The notes: a model not told the origin generated them from the letters alone. Shown: positions 22,756-35,137, counted from the stretch's first letter. The stretch is 64,000 nt of DNA from Caecitellus pseudoparvulus (GCA_965644315.1 CBFFRQ010000057.1:667018-731017); one strand, 5' to 3'. Numbers and translations: made by a program.

Positions 22756-25700
22756 CTACGCAAAACCTCTGAGCAGATTGGCGGGGGCGTGAGATTGTGC
22801 TGCGGCAGCGCTCTTGGCATCCATGCGCAGGTCCCCAGCCGCCTTGGACACCGCCCAGGAAACCCGCAGGGCACAGGCCATGTGCTTGAGAATGGAAGGC
22901 GGCACGCCAGAGGCGTCACACGCCGATTCCACTTCACCTTGTAGGGCACTCATATGTTCAGCCCAAGCCTCGTCTGTCCGCAGGTACTCGTGTGGGGCCT
23001 GGATGGCAGACATGACTGGCTCCAGCGCGTCGCCAAGCAAGCGCTCGGCCATGTCCGCCAACTCCGTGAAGGGCATGTGCACGTGCAGCAGGTGCAGCAC
23101 GGAGCAGAGGAGCCCCCCTGCTCGAGCACGCAATGCCCACTCCAAGGTGACCGTGAACAAGTGCCTGAACCCGCCAGCCGCTCCAGCATTGCCGCTTGAC
23201 ATGGCTGCTGCGGCCGCCGCCAGCATGCCAGCGCAGTCAGCCGCATGCTTCGACACGGCTGTGGGCAGGGACACCTGCACTGGTGCATCGGGAGTGGGGT
23301 CTGGCTCTCCCAAGAGGGATGCCAAAGCAGCGTCCAGCAAGGCTGTCTCCCTGCCCCACACTTCCTGCTCGGCAGAGAACGAGGCCGATGTCCCCCGGGA
23401 CCTGCCTCTGGATCGTGCTGACCTGGAATCTGAGGACTCCTCAGAGGCCGCACCACCCCCACCTCTGGCACGCGTAGCCTCCCGTGCATCTTGCATCATT
23501 TGCGCAAACTTGCCCTGGCCAGGTGGGGCGCTTGCGGCAGTTGCCGCTGCGCGGGACTCGGATGGCGCCTCCGGTATTCCCTCCCCAGCAGCTGCCGTCT
23601 CGGGGACTGCTTCGGAGGCACCCTCCACAGGCGCCCGCGGAGGGTGCCCCGGAGCCGTCCAACGACAAGACAGTGCTAGAATGCGCCCTGGCATGGTGGT
23701 AATGTTGGAGGTGGCGCCAAGTGACGCGCCCCGCAGCGCCTGGCGCAACATGCCCAGCGCTGCTGTGAACTGCCCAGCCTCGCACAGCACCAGCACGCTT
23801 TGGCGGAGAAACCCCGCGGCAAACAAGACCCTGCCCCGCGCCAGAGTTTGCCACAGCTGTGTGTCACTCAAGTGGTCGCTGTCAGAAGTGCTGTGGGCTG
23901 TGTGCTGGGGTGGGGCGGGGTGCACAGCGGAAGCCGGCATTCCAGCAAGGATGCTGTGTGGCAGCGGCGGTGGGCGATCAGGGACAAAGTCCAGAACGCT
24001 TCCCACCAGAGATGCATGCTGGCATGTGCCTGGTGCCCCTGCTAGCCACTGGAGCGTGTCGACCGGCGCCGGCGGCGCTGGCAGCGGCGGCAGGGCAGTA
24101 GCACCCGTCTTGACATCGCAGTGCGCTGCCGCGGCGAGTAGCGTCGATAGCAGCCACAAGATGCGCTTGGGATGGCGATGGAAGTACAGCTGCACCAGGG
24201 CTGGGAGCACGCTGTTGACTATGTCAGAGCTTGGTTTGAACAGGTCGGGGTGCAGAATGTCAAGCATGTCTGCAGCCTGCCCTTCGTGGCTGCGGCACGC
24301 TGAGATGCCCAGCTGCTCTTCCAGCGTACGGATCATGTCTTCCTGCAGTGAGGCACGTAGGGCGCCCTCGTCAAGCTCCGGGCTAATGCTTTGGCCAAGC
24401 AAGAGTTGAGCAAGGGTCCCAGGGCGGGCGGGAGTGAGAGCTTCGCTGATAGCCTCAGCAGTGGGCAGGCCCACACTGTGCGGCACTGCGAGCTCTGTTG
24501 TGGCAGCCTCAGGGGTGTCCATGTCGATAGCACTCGTGCTGCTGCGGCGATGGGGAGGCAGTGGGAAGGCCGGCACAGTGGGCAGGCTCCCAGAAGATGC
24601 CCGCACCCCGTCACCCGGCAGGAAAAGCGCCACGGCGGTGGCTTCCGCTCGCAAGCTGCGCACGACCTGCATGGCGTGCGGCAGCTGTGCTGCAGACTGC
24701 AAGTCCACCAAGGCTGCGACGTGGCGCTGCAGTGCTGCATGTGTTGCTGGGGCGGCGGCTTCCAGCTTCGCCGCCACGGCTCGCAGTCGATGGCATGCCT
24801 CGCCCAGGAGAGCATGCTCCTGATCTGCGATGGCTGCAAGGTAGGCGGGGGCAGCATCTGGGTCATCTGCAGACAGGACTGTACCGGCCCCGAATGGAGC
24901 CACCGCGAACACCCCCTTCGCGTTCTTCCCTCGAGGCTTCGCCGCTGCGTCCTGGAAGTCGGCTGCGAAGACGTCTTGCAACGACCGCAGGGTATCGCTC
25001 ACGACGCTGCCTCGTCTAGCCTCCTGGGGGGAAGCGGCTGCCGCCCGTGGCTGTGGAGGTGGGCTTGATTCATGGACTTGCAAGGCAGTCTGCAAGGCCT
25101 GCGTGATGCCTGCCCACTCAGGACAAGGTGGTACGCCCGCCACCTGCGCCAGGAGGACGGGGTGGGCCACATCACACAAAAGGAAGGCGTGCACGGCTGC
25201 TACACAGACGTCCTCGCAGCCACGTCTAGCCACCTCGCTGTCCAAGAGGGGCAGCAGTGCCCACGCTTGGGCAGAGTGTACCCTGTGCAGGCTGGAGTGC
25301 GCAACAGCGCCCAGTGACGGCAGCATACCCACTGTGCCTCCTAGGCGTGGCGCCCATGCAGCCGAGAAAGCTTGCCAGTGTGGGGAGCGAGGCGATCCCA
25401 GGACAAGGGGGGCAGGGGCACCGCCCTGGGGGCTGGCAGCGGGCACCATGGAAGGCAGTGGGAAGGAGGTCTGGCCGGTGAGCCCTTCTAACAGCATGCA
25501 GGCGGAAGCGGCATGTGCCAGGCACATGCGCGCCAACCAACGGACCCCACTTGGAGAAAAGCTGCCAGAACTAGCTCTGAGCTGTCGAATGCTGGCCAGG
25601 GCGGCGAGGTGCCCCCGCAGCGCCTGCTGTACGCCTCCCTCCCACTGGCGCTTGGCGCTCACCGCCACGGAGGCCACGTACAGCAGCATATTCGGCGCGT

Positions 25701-27165
25701 CAATGATCTGAAAGCCTGCCACACCACACACGCCAAAGCCTGACCCTGCGTCCTTCCCGATGCCTACCTCAGATTTGCACTCGCCCACTGTCATGTCAGC
25801 CATTCCTCGAAGGGAATACCCCGTGTACGCCGGCAGAATGTCGTGTGGCGCGCCGTCAAGCAGCGCGAAATCCACGTCGCTGGCCTCGGGCAGGGGTGCT
25901 TCTCGGGTCCAGGGCCCAGTCGGACTCCACGAGAATGCGTCTCCCTTGCCTTGTAAGCTCCATACGAGGGACTCGGCAGGCACCGGCGTCGCCGCCGTGG
26001 ACAGGCAGGCAGCGGTGGCGATGTCGAGGAAGACGATGCCTGCTGAGCAATGCACAGCAGCCGTGCTTTCGGTTGCATGCATGCTGTGCACTTCTCCCCA
26101 CTGCGGCTGCCAGCCCTGCACAGGCTTGCGGCCACTCCATGCAAGCGGACACAGGCTGCCTTCGCTGGGCTGCGGAGTAGGGTGACCAGTAGGCGACAAG
26201 GCGCGTTGCATGCCGTGCACAATAAAAGGGGCATCGGCATGTGCATCTTGGATCAACACAAGCAGCTCGCTGGAGTCGCCAGAGCTGCAAGCTGCCAGCA
26301 TGCTCGTGCAGGCGCTGGGCAGGGCACACGACGGCAGGGCAGCTGCCTGGCCTGCCACAGAGCTGCCCACCGTCCAAGCTGCTGGAGTACAACACGGCGG
26401 AGTGGAGATGCAGACACCACTTGCTAAGGCATGTAGTTGGAGGCGGCCTGACTCGGCAACAACAGAGCAGACCAAATCAGCCGTGGAGCCGATGGACACC
26501 CGCGGCTGCGGCGCCGTGAGCTGACCACCCGACGGGGGCTCATGCTGCACATCAAGGGGGGCGCAATATGCCAGCAACTCCCGCTCGCCTGCATGGTTGG
26601 AGGTCGTTGCGATGGCCAATAGCCCTGAGCCAGGGTGGTGCAGGAAGCCAGTGATTTCCATGGGCAGGTCCGGGGGAAGCAGCGGGCCCAAGTCTACTTC
26701 ACACAGCAGCTGCCACTGGGGCGAAAAGGGCGTCTGCAAGGATGACCAAACCAGAAGGCAGTTGTTTTGCAGCAGCACGAGGCACAGGGTGCCGTGCAGG
26801 CCCTGCACGAGCTGGAGCTGCAGGGCTGGGCATGGGAGCACAGCCAAGACCATGGGGTCAGCGCCCCCGCCCACATCTTGCAAAGGCACTTGGCCACATG
26901 CGCGCTGCAGTCGCTGTACAATGGGGTGGAAACACTCTGCTGGTTGCGGCACGGCATCCAGGACAGCCAGCATGTGCTTGTCCGGGGCCAGCTCCCACAC
27001 CACTCCCACGTGCCCTGCTGCGTGCACTTGGATGTGCCTCACAGAGGGGCGCTGAGTCAAGCCTACGTTCCCAAGTAGGTCAAACAACTCCCATCCTCGC
27101 AGCTCGCTCCACTGTCGAGGGAGATGGGGCTGCAGGGCAAACATGCCTCGCTGCGTCTGCTGCAC
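22756..27165 (-). CDS. Large hypothetical protein (beta-propeller-like N-terminus, helical C-terminus; possibly HPS6-like)
   Basis: Uninterrupted 1469-aa ORF. Only weak motif resemblance. Confidence 0.6.
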   Translation of the reverse strand: MQQTQRGMFALQPHLPRQWSELRGWELFDLLGNVGLTQRPSVRHIQVHAAGHVGVVWELAPDKHMLAVLDAVPQPAECFHPIVQRLQRACGQVPLQDVGGGADPMVLAVLPCPALQLQLVQGLHGTLCLVLLQNNCLLVWSSLQTPFSPQWQLLCEVDLGPLLPPDLPMEITGFLHHPGSGLLAIATTSNHAGERELLAYCAPLDVQHEPPSGGQLTAPQPRVSIGSTADLVCSVVAESGRLQLHALASGVCISTPPCCTPAAWTVGSSVAGQAAALPSCALPSACTSMLAACSSGDSSELLVLIQDAHADAPFIVHGMQRALSPTGHPTPQPSEGSLCPLAWSGRKPVQGWQPQWGEVHSMHATESTAAVHCSAGIVFLDIATAACLSTAATPVPAESLVWSLQGKGDAFSWSPTGPWTREAPLPEASDVDFALLDGAPHDILPAYTGYSLRGMADMTVGECKSEVGIGKDAGSGFGVCGVAGFQIIDAPNMLLYVASVAVSAKRQWEGGVQQALRGHLAALASIRQLRASSGSFSPSGVRWLARMCLAHAASACMLLEGLTGQTSFPLPSMVPAASPQGGAPAPLVLGSPRSPHWQAFSAAWAPRLGGTVGMLPSLGAVAHSSLHRVHSAQAWALLPLLDSEVARRGCEDVCVAAVHAFLLCDVAHPVLLAQVAGVPPCPEWAGITQALQTALQVHESSPPPQPRAAAASPQEARRGSVVSDTLRSLQDVFAADFQDAAAKPRGKNAKGVFAVAPFGAGTVLSADDPDAAPAYLAAIADQEHALLGEACHRLRAVAAKLEAAAPATHAALQRHVAALVDLQSAAQLPHAMQVVRSLRAEATAVALFLPGDGVRASSGSLPTVPAFPLPPHRRSSTSAIDMDTPEAATTELAVPHSVGLPTAEAISEALTPARPGTLAQLLLGQSISPELDEGALRASLQEDMIRTLEEQLGISACRSHEGQAADMLDILHPDLFKPSSDIVNSVLPALVQLYFHRHPKRILWLLSTLLAAAAHCDVKTGATALPPLPAPPAPVDTLQWLAGAPGTCQHASLVGSVLDFVPDRPPPLPHSILAGMPASAVHPAPPQHTAHSTSDSDHLSDTQLWQTLARGRVLFAAGFLRQSVLVLCEAGQFTAALGMLRQALRGASLGATSNITTMPGRILALSCRWTAPGHPPRAPVEGASEAVPETAAAGEGIPEAPSESRAAATAASAPPGQGKFAQMMQDAREATRARGGGGAASEESSDSRSARSRGRSRGTSASFSAEQEVWGRETALLDAALASLLGEPDPTPDAPVQVSLPTAVSKHAADCAGMLAAAAAAMSSGNAGAAGGFRHLFTVTLEWALRARAGGLLCSVLHLLHVHMPFTELADMAERLLGDALEPVMSAIQAPHEYLRTDEAWAEHMSALQGEVESACDASGVPPSILKHMACALRVSWAVSKAAGDLRMDAKSAAAAQSHAPANLLRGFA

Positions 27166-27525
27166 TGCACATGCAGCCCTGCGCCGAAGCCAGCAAGCGC
27201 CCTGAAGCTTCTACTAGTGGCACCCGACAGCAGTAACACAATCCTCCCAGCTGCGTACGGTGCCGTGGTGGCTTGAAGATTTTGATTTAACGTTTGGGCC
27301 GCAAAGGTTGCTCCTGCCGCTCTGGCACGGAAGCCCTGTCAAGCAAAATCCACAAACCCCGGCACCCGATCTGACGCGGTTTCCTGCACCGCACAACCTA
27401 CAGCTGCTATCTTGACTTCGGGCCTGCGGCAAGCCGCCCGCGGACCTGGACTTCTTTGGGCAGACACCAGGAGTGCGCGACTGAGACACTGCTGAAACGC
27501 CGAGCACCTCAGCTCAGTGCCAGCC

Positions 27526-29344
27526 ATGGTGGACGTCTGGCTCATCATCTTGGCCGTCATCTGCCCCTTCGTCTTGACCTTCCTGAATGTCGTCATTCTG
27601 GCGCGGTACATCGACCCCGCCCATGCGAAGGGGCACTACCTGTCCAAGGCAGTCATTGTGAGGCGTGGCGCACTGCCCGGAATGGCCCGCTCACGTTCAC
27701 TGTCTGGCACTGCCGACGTGCTGCCCCCCTGCAGCTCTTCACGCTCCTGCTGGCTGAGGTGGGCGTCTTGGCTCTCCCATTTGACGTGGTGAGTACTTCG
27801 TGCTCCGCCGTAGTCCTTGTCGCAAGCTGGGCCACGCCCGCGTTTCACTGGCGTGCCACCCGCAGGCCAACCGCAACGGCCTCGTCGGCTGCGGCAGCTT
27901 CAACGACGCGTGCGGGAACTTGGACCTGGTGCTAGTGTGGCAGATTCTCTTCATTTCCATCGCCATCATGGCTATCATCGTCATTCCCTTCACGGTCTTC
28001 TTCTACGAAGCAGATGACGAGGGCGTGGGCGCGAGGAAGCGAGCCCCCGATGACCTCCTGAAGCGCTGCACTGACACGACAAACTGCTCCCGCAGTCTCG
28101 GCTCGGCTTTCTTGTACACGACCATCACTGTCATTATCACGGCTTTGGTGGTGGCGATACCCTTTGCCTTCCTCAACACGACAGAGATCCCGTACAAGGT
28201 CACCACGATCTCCACGTCCAACGCCAACTTCTTCTACTCTGCCCAGACAACCCCTGCGCAGAAAGGCTGCGGCAAGAGCGCAGGCTGCACTTTCTCGGAC
28301 GCAACCCTGCAGCTGACGGTGTCCTTTGTCGTGTGGCTGGCTGCCATGCTCATGCTGGGCGGCTGGGTGGTGTTCATCTTCTACGCTGGGGTTGGCTTGG
28401 TAGCCCTGCCGCTGGACGGTATCAACGCTTTCCGCGACCGACCCAAGGTACTCACCGTGGCTGAGGCCCGCAACATCAAGCAGAACCTCCTGGACAAAAC
28501 CAAGAAGCTGCTGGCTGCTGCCACTGAGCTAGGGGAGCAAATCACCAGTGCCTCCACCTCTCGCCTCTCTTGGAGCGAGAAGCGCAAGTTCAAACGCGAA
28601 GAAAAGGAAGCTGTGCGGCGCCTGCGCGTGTTGACTGATAGCCTGGATGACGAAGTGCTGGAGTACCAGACCTGCGAGCCCCGCGCCTACCGTGAGCACT
28701 ACAACCCCATCGTGCCATACTTGAAGCTGGTGGGCAGCATCGTCGGCATTGTCGTGTCTGTGTGCTGGGTGGCCCAAATCATCCTTGTGGTGTTGATTCA
28801 GCCCCCCGTCGACCCCCTGCTGAACAACATGTTCGCTGCGCTGGACGGCGTGGCTGACTTCATTGGCACTGCGCTGTTTGCCCTGTTCACCTTCTACCTC
28901 CTCCTGGCGGTGATCCGGGGCAACCTGAAGTTCGGCACGCGCTTCTTCATCATCAAGTTGCACCCCATGAAGCCAGGGCGCACTCTCATCAACTCGTTCC
29001 TCTTCAACCTGCTCTTCGTCCTTCTCTGTGTGCTGCCAGTGGTGCAGCTGTCCGAGGATGCCTTCACTGGCTACACACGGCTGACAGATGCAGGGGTCAT
29101 CTTTGGAACTCAGGTGCAGTACATGCAGTTCTTCCGCTACATCTTCGAGACCAAGGCTCACATCTACGCTCTGCTGGGCGTCATGTTCCTCTCCTTCCTG
29201 TACTTCCTCATGTATCCCAGCGACAGGGAGTACCACAGTCAAGTGATGAAGAGCATCCAGACGCAGGTGGCTCAGAGGCGCACTGATGCCCGCAGGGACA
29301 TTGACTGGGCTGGTGGTGCTGGCATCGAATTGAAGGAGCGGTGA
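27526..29344 (+). CDS. LMBR1/LIMR-family membrane protein; introns 27658-27734 and 27789-27865
   Basis: LALPFDV|AN, IIVIPFTVFFYEADD, GVGLVALPLD.I..FRDRP and LHPMKPGRTLINSFLFN motifs. Confidence 0.92.
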
Positions 29345-29506
29345 GCGCCAATGCATGCATCCGGTCAAATGAACGCACCCGTGGCGCGGCTCGCGACACA
29401 CCGATGACACCCGTTCACAAGTGTTGGCTTTGGAGCTTGCTTGGATTGCGAGGCGGCGTCCCGCATTGACTCCCCAAGGCGTCACGCTGCGCCAGCACCA
29501 CTCACC

Positions 29507-32104
29507 ATGGGCGGTACAGCCAGCGCTCCGTTGGGCAGCACCGACCTGCCCCCTGGCGACCCAGCGGCGTTTCAAGTGGCGCCTGATGCAAAGATATCTG
29601 ACATGCACGTCATCCCCAAAGCACGGCGGGGCAGGAAACTCACGGACCACTACAGGATCCCGCAAGCGGATGAGCTCGGACGAGGTACGTTTCTGCAAGC
29701 GCCGCAGCAACACACCACCTTCTCACATGTCTGCTTGACCCACCACAGGGCACTATGGCGTCGTGCGCATAGGAACACGTATCATTGATGGAAAGAAGTT
29801 TGCGGTGAAGACGATCGTCAAGAAGCGCCCGCTCTACGTGCTCATGCTGGTGCGGGGCATCCGCCGTCGCTCGCGACTGGTGCCGGGCACTTAGCTCATG
29901 CAGCCGCCTTGCCTCGCTCTGCAGCGCAACGAAATTCGAATCTTGGAAGGCTTGCAGCACCCATACATTATCCAGATGGTGGATGCATTCGAAGAACCTG
30001 ACGTCGTGCAGTGCGTGGCACCCCAGCGCGGGGGCGAGGTGTGCTTGGCAACAGCGGATCACATCCTCTGCCCGCGCTGCGCAGCTTGATTTTTGAGCTG
30101 GCTCCGGGAGGAGAGCTCTTTGAACCCATCGCGGACACCAAGTTCTGGTTTGATGAGCAGATGGCGTCGCGTGTCATGCGGCAAAGCCTGGAGGGCTTGC
30201 GGTACCTGCACGAGCGCAACATTGTGCACCGAGATCTGAAGCCCGAGAACATCCTACTTGTCAGCAAAGACTACCCGAACTCAACTCTGAAGGTGATTGA
30301 CTTTGGGCTGGCGACGCAGTTTGACCCTGCAGACCCCCCCCTGCGCAAGCACGTGGGCACGCCATACTACATCGCGCCTGAAGTGCTGCACAAGCAGTAC
30401 CGGGAGAGTGCTGACGTCTGGAGCATGGGCGTCATCATGTTCACCATCATGTGTGCTTATCCACCCTTTTGGGGCAACACTGAAGCAGACATCTACAGTC
30501 GCATTCGGAAGGGCATGTACCGCTTTCAAGGCGCCGAGTGGCAACGCCGCTCAGACGACGCCAAGGACATGGTGCGCAGCCTGTTGCAGCTGGACCCCGC
30601 CAAGCGCTTGAACGTGCACACAGCCTTGCAGCATCCGTGGATTGTGTACGAAGGGGAGCCACACCTGCCCCCCACATCTCCTCGTATTGTCAGTTTGCTG
30701 CGCACCTGGACCTCCTTCCCATGGCTCAAGCGCCTGCACATTTTGCTGGTGGCTGCGCGCTGGGTACGGAAAGCCGAGACTGTCCCGAGGGAGAACCAGC
30801 TGTGGGCTGGTTTGACGGGCAGCAAAGATGCAAAGGAGATCACGCTGGGCTCTCTGCATGACGCGCTGCAGCGCATTGCTCTGCAGCACCCGCCGTCCGC
30901 CGTGAGCATCTCCCCGCCGGTCATGGGCAGCGAGGTGACAGGGCGTGCAGTGCAAGGTCAAGAGCAGGGCGATGACAGACAGAACCTGTCCACTTGGCCG
31001 GAGGGGGATCTCCCCCACTGCGCGTGGCCTCGCCCGCCCTCTTCGGAGCTGGGCCGCCTGATGGCCAAGCTGGACACGGGCGCTTGCGGGGCGGTGTCGA
31101 AGGCTGAGTTCATGGCATGGGCGTGTCCCCGCACGCAGTACTTGGACAGTAAGAACATCATCCACAGCTTCAAGCAGCTGGATGTTGATGGGGACGGCCT
31201 GATCTCAGCGGACGATCTGGTGGCCGTGGCGCACCGCCTGCCCACCTTCACGGGCATCACGCCCCACCGGCCTTACAGCCTCGAGCACTACGTGTACCAC
31301 ATCGTGCAGGAAGCCAGCTTACTCCCTCCAGCTATTTCCTTGCAAGGCATGCCAATGCCGGACTGGCAAGAGGGCGTGCCGGCGGACATGGATGCAGAGG
31401 TCACTGCAAGGCGGTTGGGCGGTGAGAGGGCTGATGACACCCCCCGTGGAGGTGGCAGCCCTCCTGCTCCACCCTCTTCAGTACATGCGACGCCTCCAGC
31501 ACAGCGTTCAGCGCAGGACCCCATGCCTGCCGCGCCGTCGTCCGCTCAGGGGAGTCGTGTGGCACCACATCCCCGGGGCAAGGCTGCTCATGGCAGCCCT
31601 CCCGGGGATGGCGTGTCCCATCCTACAGGCGCTGCCGGGAGCAGGAGTGACAGCGGCCGACGCCCACCACCGTCATCTTCTTCCCATGAGCCGCCCACAG
31701 CAGCGCCTGAAAAGGCACGGTCCATGGTCTCCAAAGGCAGCTGGGCTGGAACAGGCAAGTTGGCTGTGCACCCTGCGCCTGCTGCACAGGCCAGAGCCCC
31801 AGCGGTGGGCGGGTGGACCATGCAAGACGCAGGCGGGGACAGCAAGTCAGATGAGGCGCATGATGCCACATCGGACTCAAGTGATGGGTTTAGGGTGGGC
31901 GGTGGTGGGCTGAAGGGCGGAGCGCGGGAGGAGGACACGACTCCTTCCACGCCGCCGCCTCTGGTGTGGGAGGGGCCCAGAGTGGCGTCCCCTACGCGAC
32001 TGCCCGGCACGACCCAGCTCCCAACAGACCAACGGGGCATGCCTGCAATCCCCATGGGCACTTTCCTCCGAATCGTCACGGGAGGGGAGCAGCTGGCATA
32101 CTGA
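29507..32104 (+). CDS. Calcium-dependent protein kinase-like (CAMK kinase + EF-hands), N-myristoylation motif MGGTAS; introns 29685-29748, 29850-29924 and 30011-30084
   Basis: LGRG|HYGVV, FAVK, HRDLKPEN, DFG, GTPYYIAPE. EF-hand DVDGDGLISADDL and a degenerate DTGACGAVSKAEF. Confidence 0.9.
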
Positions 32105-33584
32105 CGGGCTCCCGACTACCTGCCGCGCCAGCTGCGGCAAGCTCCACCCACCCGCGAGAAGCGCAGGCTGCCAGCAGCTCCTCAGCAGCTTCACCTTCCT
32201 CTGAGCTGAGGGGTGGGTGTGCCCAGTCGCACAGCTCGTGGCGACAGGAAACAGCCGCACCTACCTCCCCCTCACTCATGGCCTGCAGCCCCGGCCACGA
32301 CAGCACACGGATCCACACCTGCTGCGTATCCAATGCAATGCCTTCGCGTAGCGAGTGGACTCTGCAGCTGGTATGGCCTGGGTCAAGCTCTGCTTTGTCT
32401 TCGCCGCGCACCAGCCCCAGCTCCCACAGGCGGCTCCACCCGCCTTGCGCCGCGTCTGGCAACGCAGATTGGCCAGATGCCACTATTGCGGGAAGCAGCC
32501 ACTGTACCGCCGCATTGGGAGGCGGTGCTGGACCCATGTACTCCTCAGCACTGATAATGTCTCTACAAGGCTGCACTGTAGGCGAGTCTTGGGCTGTGGT
32601 GTCGGTGTGGGTCGCTGCTGTGGCGAGGCACTTGGCCACCGCGCCTGCTGGTCCACACACCAGCGCCGTGCGGAGCAGCAAACGCTGTAGACTGACTACG
32701 ACGCGATGGCACGGCGGGCTGTCTACCAGGGTCTCAGCAGCTCCAAGGGCAGCTGAAACACAATGGAGGATGCTCGAGGTAAAGCAGAGCACCTCTGACT
32801 CCAGGCGCCGCACACAGGCCCGACTGGGGTGCACAGTCTGGAGCAAAGAACCCACAGAATGTGTCAATTCATCAGCTAGATGCAGGCACACTTGGGCAGC
32901 GTGCGCCGCTTGCTCCCCTGCAGCACTGCGCGCCCAGGCCTGCGTCGCCATCGAGACCAGGGCGAGACCAGGGCAGGGCCTGCCCATGCCTTGAGGCGGA
33001 GTGAAGGTGTGCCACTGTTCCATGCCAAGACCTGGGACAACTATGCTCTGCAGAGGGCCCACAACCTGCTCCACAGCGCCCTGGAGCAACAACTGACTGG
33101 CTTCTTGGGCTTGGGCAACTGTCGCGGTCAGCCGAGCGCCCAACACAGGCGCCTGAGCACCCACACTTGCCACGCCCCCCACGAGATCGGCCTCCATTGT
33201 GACGTCCACGCACGCCTCCGCTGTGGCCTGCATGCCTTGAAGTGTGTGCCGCCACTTGCCGAGCTGTGCATCCGCTGCCTGCAGGGCAGCTAGGGCGCCA
33301 GCCACAGTGGCTAGGACCTGCTGCGGTCGACTTTCGTCTGCTTCACTGACACGCGCCAAGGAGCTCTGGATGCGAGATTGGTGCTCCTGCAGCTGCAGCT
33401 CGCAAGCCTGCAGCACTGCTGAGGCGCAAGCTGGCACCAGGTGAGGCTCTGATGCCTTGGCCATCGCAGCTGCCACAGCACGCCCAGCCGCAGCAGCATG
33501 CTGCTGCTGATGAGGCGCTATCGCACTCTCCAGGATGTAAGCAGATACTTCCTCTGTAGAGGGCGTGAGCCACGGCACGCACAA
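32076..33584 (-). CDS. Hypothetical helical protein (5' exon structure uncertain)
   Basis: 502-aa ORF with a coiled-coil-like N-terminal half. Its stop overlaps the 3' end of the kinase. Confidence 0.55.
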   Translation of the reverse strand: MCVPWLTPSTEEVSAYILESAIAPHQQQHAAAAGRAVAAAMAKASEPHLVPACASAVLQACELQLQEHQSRIQSSLARVSEADESRPQQVLATVAGALAALQAADAQLGKWRHTLQGMQATAEACVDVTMEADLVGGVASVGAQAPVLGARLTATVAQAQEASQLLLQGAVEQVVGPLQSIVVPGLGMEQWHTFTPPQGMGRPCPGLALVSMATQAWARSAAGEQAAHAAQVCLHLADELTHSVGSLLQTVHPSRACVRRLESEVLCFTSSILHCVSAALGAAETLVDSPPCHRVVVSLQRLLLRTALVCGPAGAVAKCLATAATHTDTTAQDSPTVQPCRDIISAEEYMGPAPPPNAAVQWLLPAIVASGQSALPDAAQGGWSRLWELGLVRGEDKAELDPGHTSCRVHSLREGIALDTQQVWIRVLSWPGLQAMSEGEVGAAVSCRHELCDWAHPPLSSEEGEAAEELLAACASRGWVELAAAGAAGSREPVSMPAAPLP

Positions 33585-34075
33585 GGCTGCGGCCGCGGCT
33601 TGGTCGGCTTCCAGCTCAGCGTCACTGGCCCAAGCCTGAAACCCGACACTGGAACCTTCGCCAGACCTGGGGAGGAGCTAGATTCACGTACACAGGAGCA
33701 CAACTTACATGTATAGCAGCAAGCAAGATTCACGTACGATGGCGTGCTCATCCAAGACTCCACGACCTCTGAGACGGCCTGCGGCAGCCGTTGCATCGCT
33801 GCGGAAATTGGCTGCTCCAGATCCAGTTTGGTGAAACCGACACAACTTAAGCAGGGCGAAGTGCTGATGATCATTGGTGGCCTTTCCTGCACGTGGTGGC
33901 TCAGTTTTCTCCCTGCCCCCCTTTCTGACTGTCGTCTGTGCGCGGTTCCCGGCAATCCAACCCGGCCCGGCGAGGCTTTGCCTTGTTTTTTGCCTGCGCT
34001 TCTCCCTGCATCAAGCGGGTCAGCATAGACAAGCTGTGCACGTGCATCAATTCGCCATTTTGATTCAGGGCCACC

Positions 34076-35137
34076 ATGTCGGGTATCGCAAGCATCCCCC
34101 GCTCAACTCTGGCCAGCGAGGTCTTGAGGTAAGGCTGTAGGCGATTTCCGCAGGGGGCAGTCGCATGCCTCCGCACTAGGCCTCCTCTCTACGCTTGCGT
34201 TTGCAGCATTCTTCGCGGCTTGCGGGAAGGCCTTGCATATGGTGTGCGCATTCGCCTGCCACACGCCCTGGTCATGACGGCACTCTTCCGCAGCGGCTCA
34301 CTGCACAAGCTGCTGTCAGGAATCCTGGGATTGACTTGGGAGCACGCCAAGCGCCTGGGTTTGTTTGTTGCCGTGTACAAGGGCGTCCTGTCCCTCATGC
34401 GCCTGGCCCGAGGGCACATTGGTCCCACGCCCACTGGACAGCCCGCGGCCCCCCTGGACCCTGCAGTGGCTGGTGGACTGGCCGCCTACCTCGTTTGGTA
34501 CGGAGGCGCCTATCATGGCGTGTCTTACCAGATTGCTCTGTACTTGCTGGGGCGTGTCCTGGTGGCAGCCGCCCGGTACGCAGCCGCACAAGGCATTCCT
34601 CCCTTCTCCTACGCCACGTTCAAGGGCAGTGGGTACCCAGCCTTGGTGGTGGGCACCTGGGCTGCGGTCATGTGGCTGTACGAGACCGAGGGGGCACGGG
34701 GCCACCTGCAGCACAGCCTCACGGCGTCCATGCGCACCCTGTACACGGACTCCAACGCAGTGGCCATGGCAGCTGACGGCACTACCTCGTCTACGCTTGC
34801 TCATGGCTCATCATTGGATGTAGCGTCCCTGGCCCCCACAGCGGCCCTGGCCGCTGTGCTGGTGTGGGCAGGGCAGCGTGCGCTGGGGGGAGGGGACGCA
34901 GTGCTCAGTCTGCTGCAGGCGCTTGGCCTGCAGGACGTGTGCATTGGATCGGCACAGCCGGGCCGAGCTGCAGCTCCTGGGACGCCGCGAGCAGTGCAGG
35001 GCACCCCTGCGGCCCGGCCAACGGCGACGCCCGTGCGTGGGCCAGCCGTCACGCCAGCGGCAGCAGGCGCGCCTTCTTCCGCGTCCAGTGGGGTCGACCC
35101 TGCGGCAGTGCTGTCCAGTGGCTTGCCCAGGAGATGA
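34076..35137 (+). CDS. PXMP4: Peroxisomal membrane protein 4 (PXMP4/PMP24, Tim17 family); intron 34129-34206
   Basis: GLREGLAYGVRIRLPHALVMT.LF, EHAKRLGLFVAVYK and WAAVMWLYE..LQ.SL.ASM..LY.DSN motifs. Confidence 0.88.

Noticed and set aside
22814-24409. Long antisense ORFs (e.g. 531 aa here, 433 aa at 59246-60547)
   Set aside because: Expected stop-poor shadows opposite real GC-rich CDSs.
32400-33100. KIAA0825/DUF4495-like resemblance of the hypothetical minus-strand protein
   Set aside because: The similarity by eye is too weak to call without a profile search.
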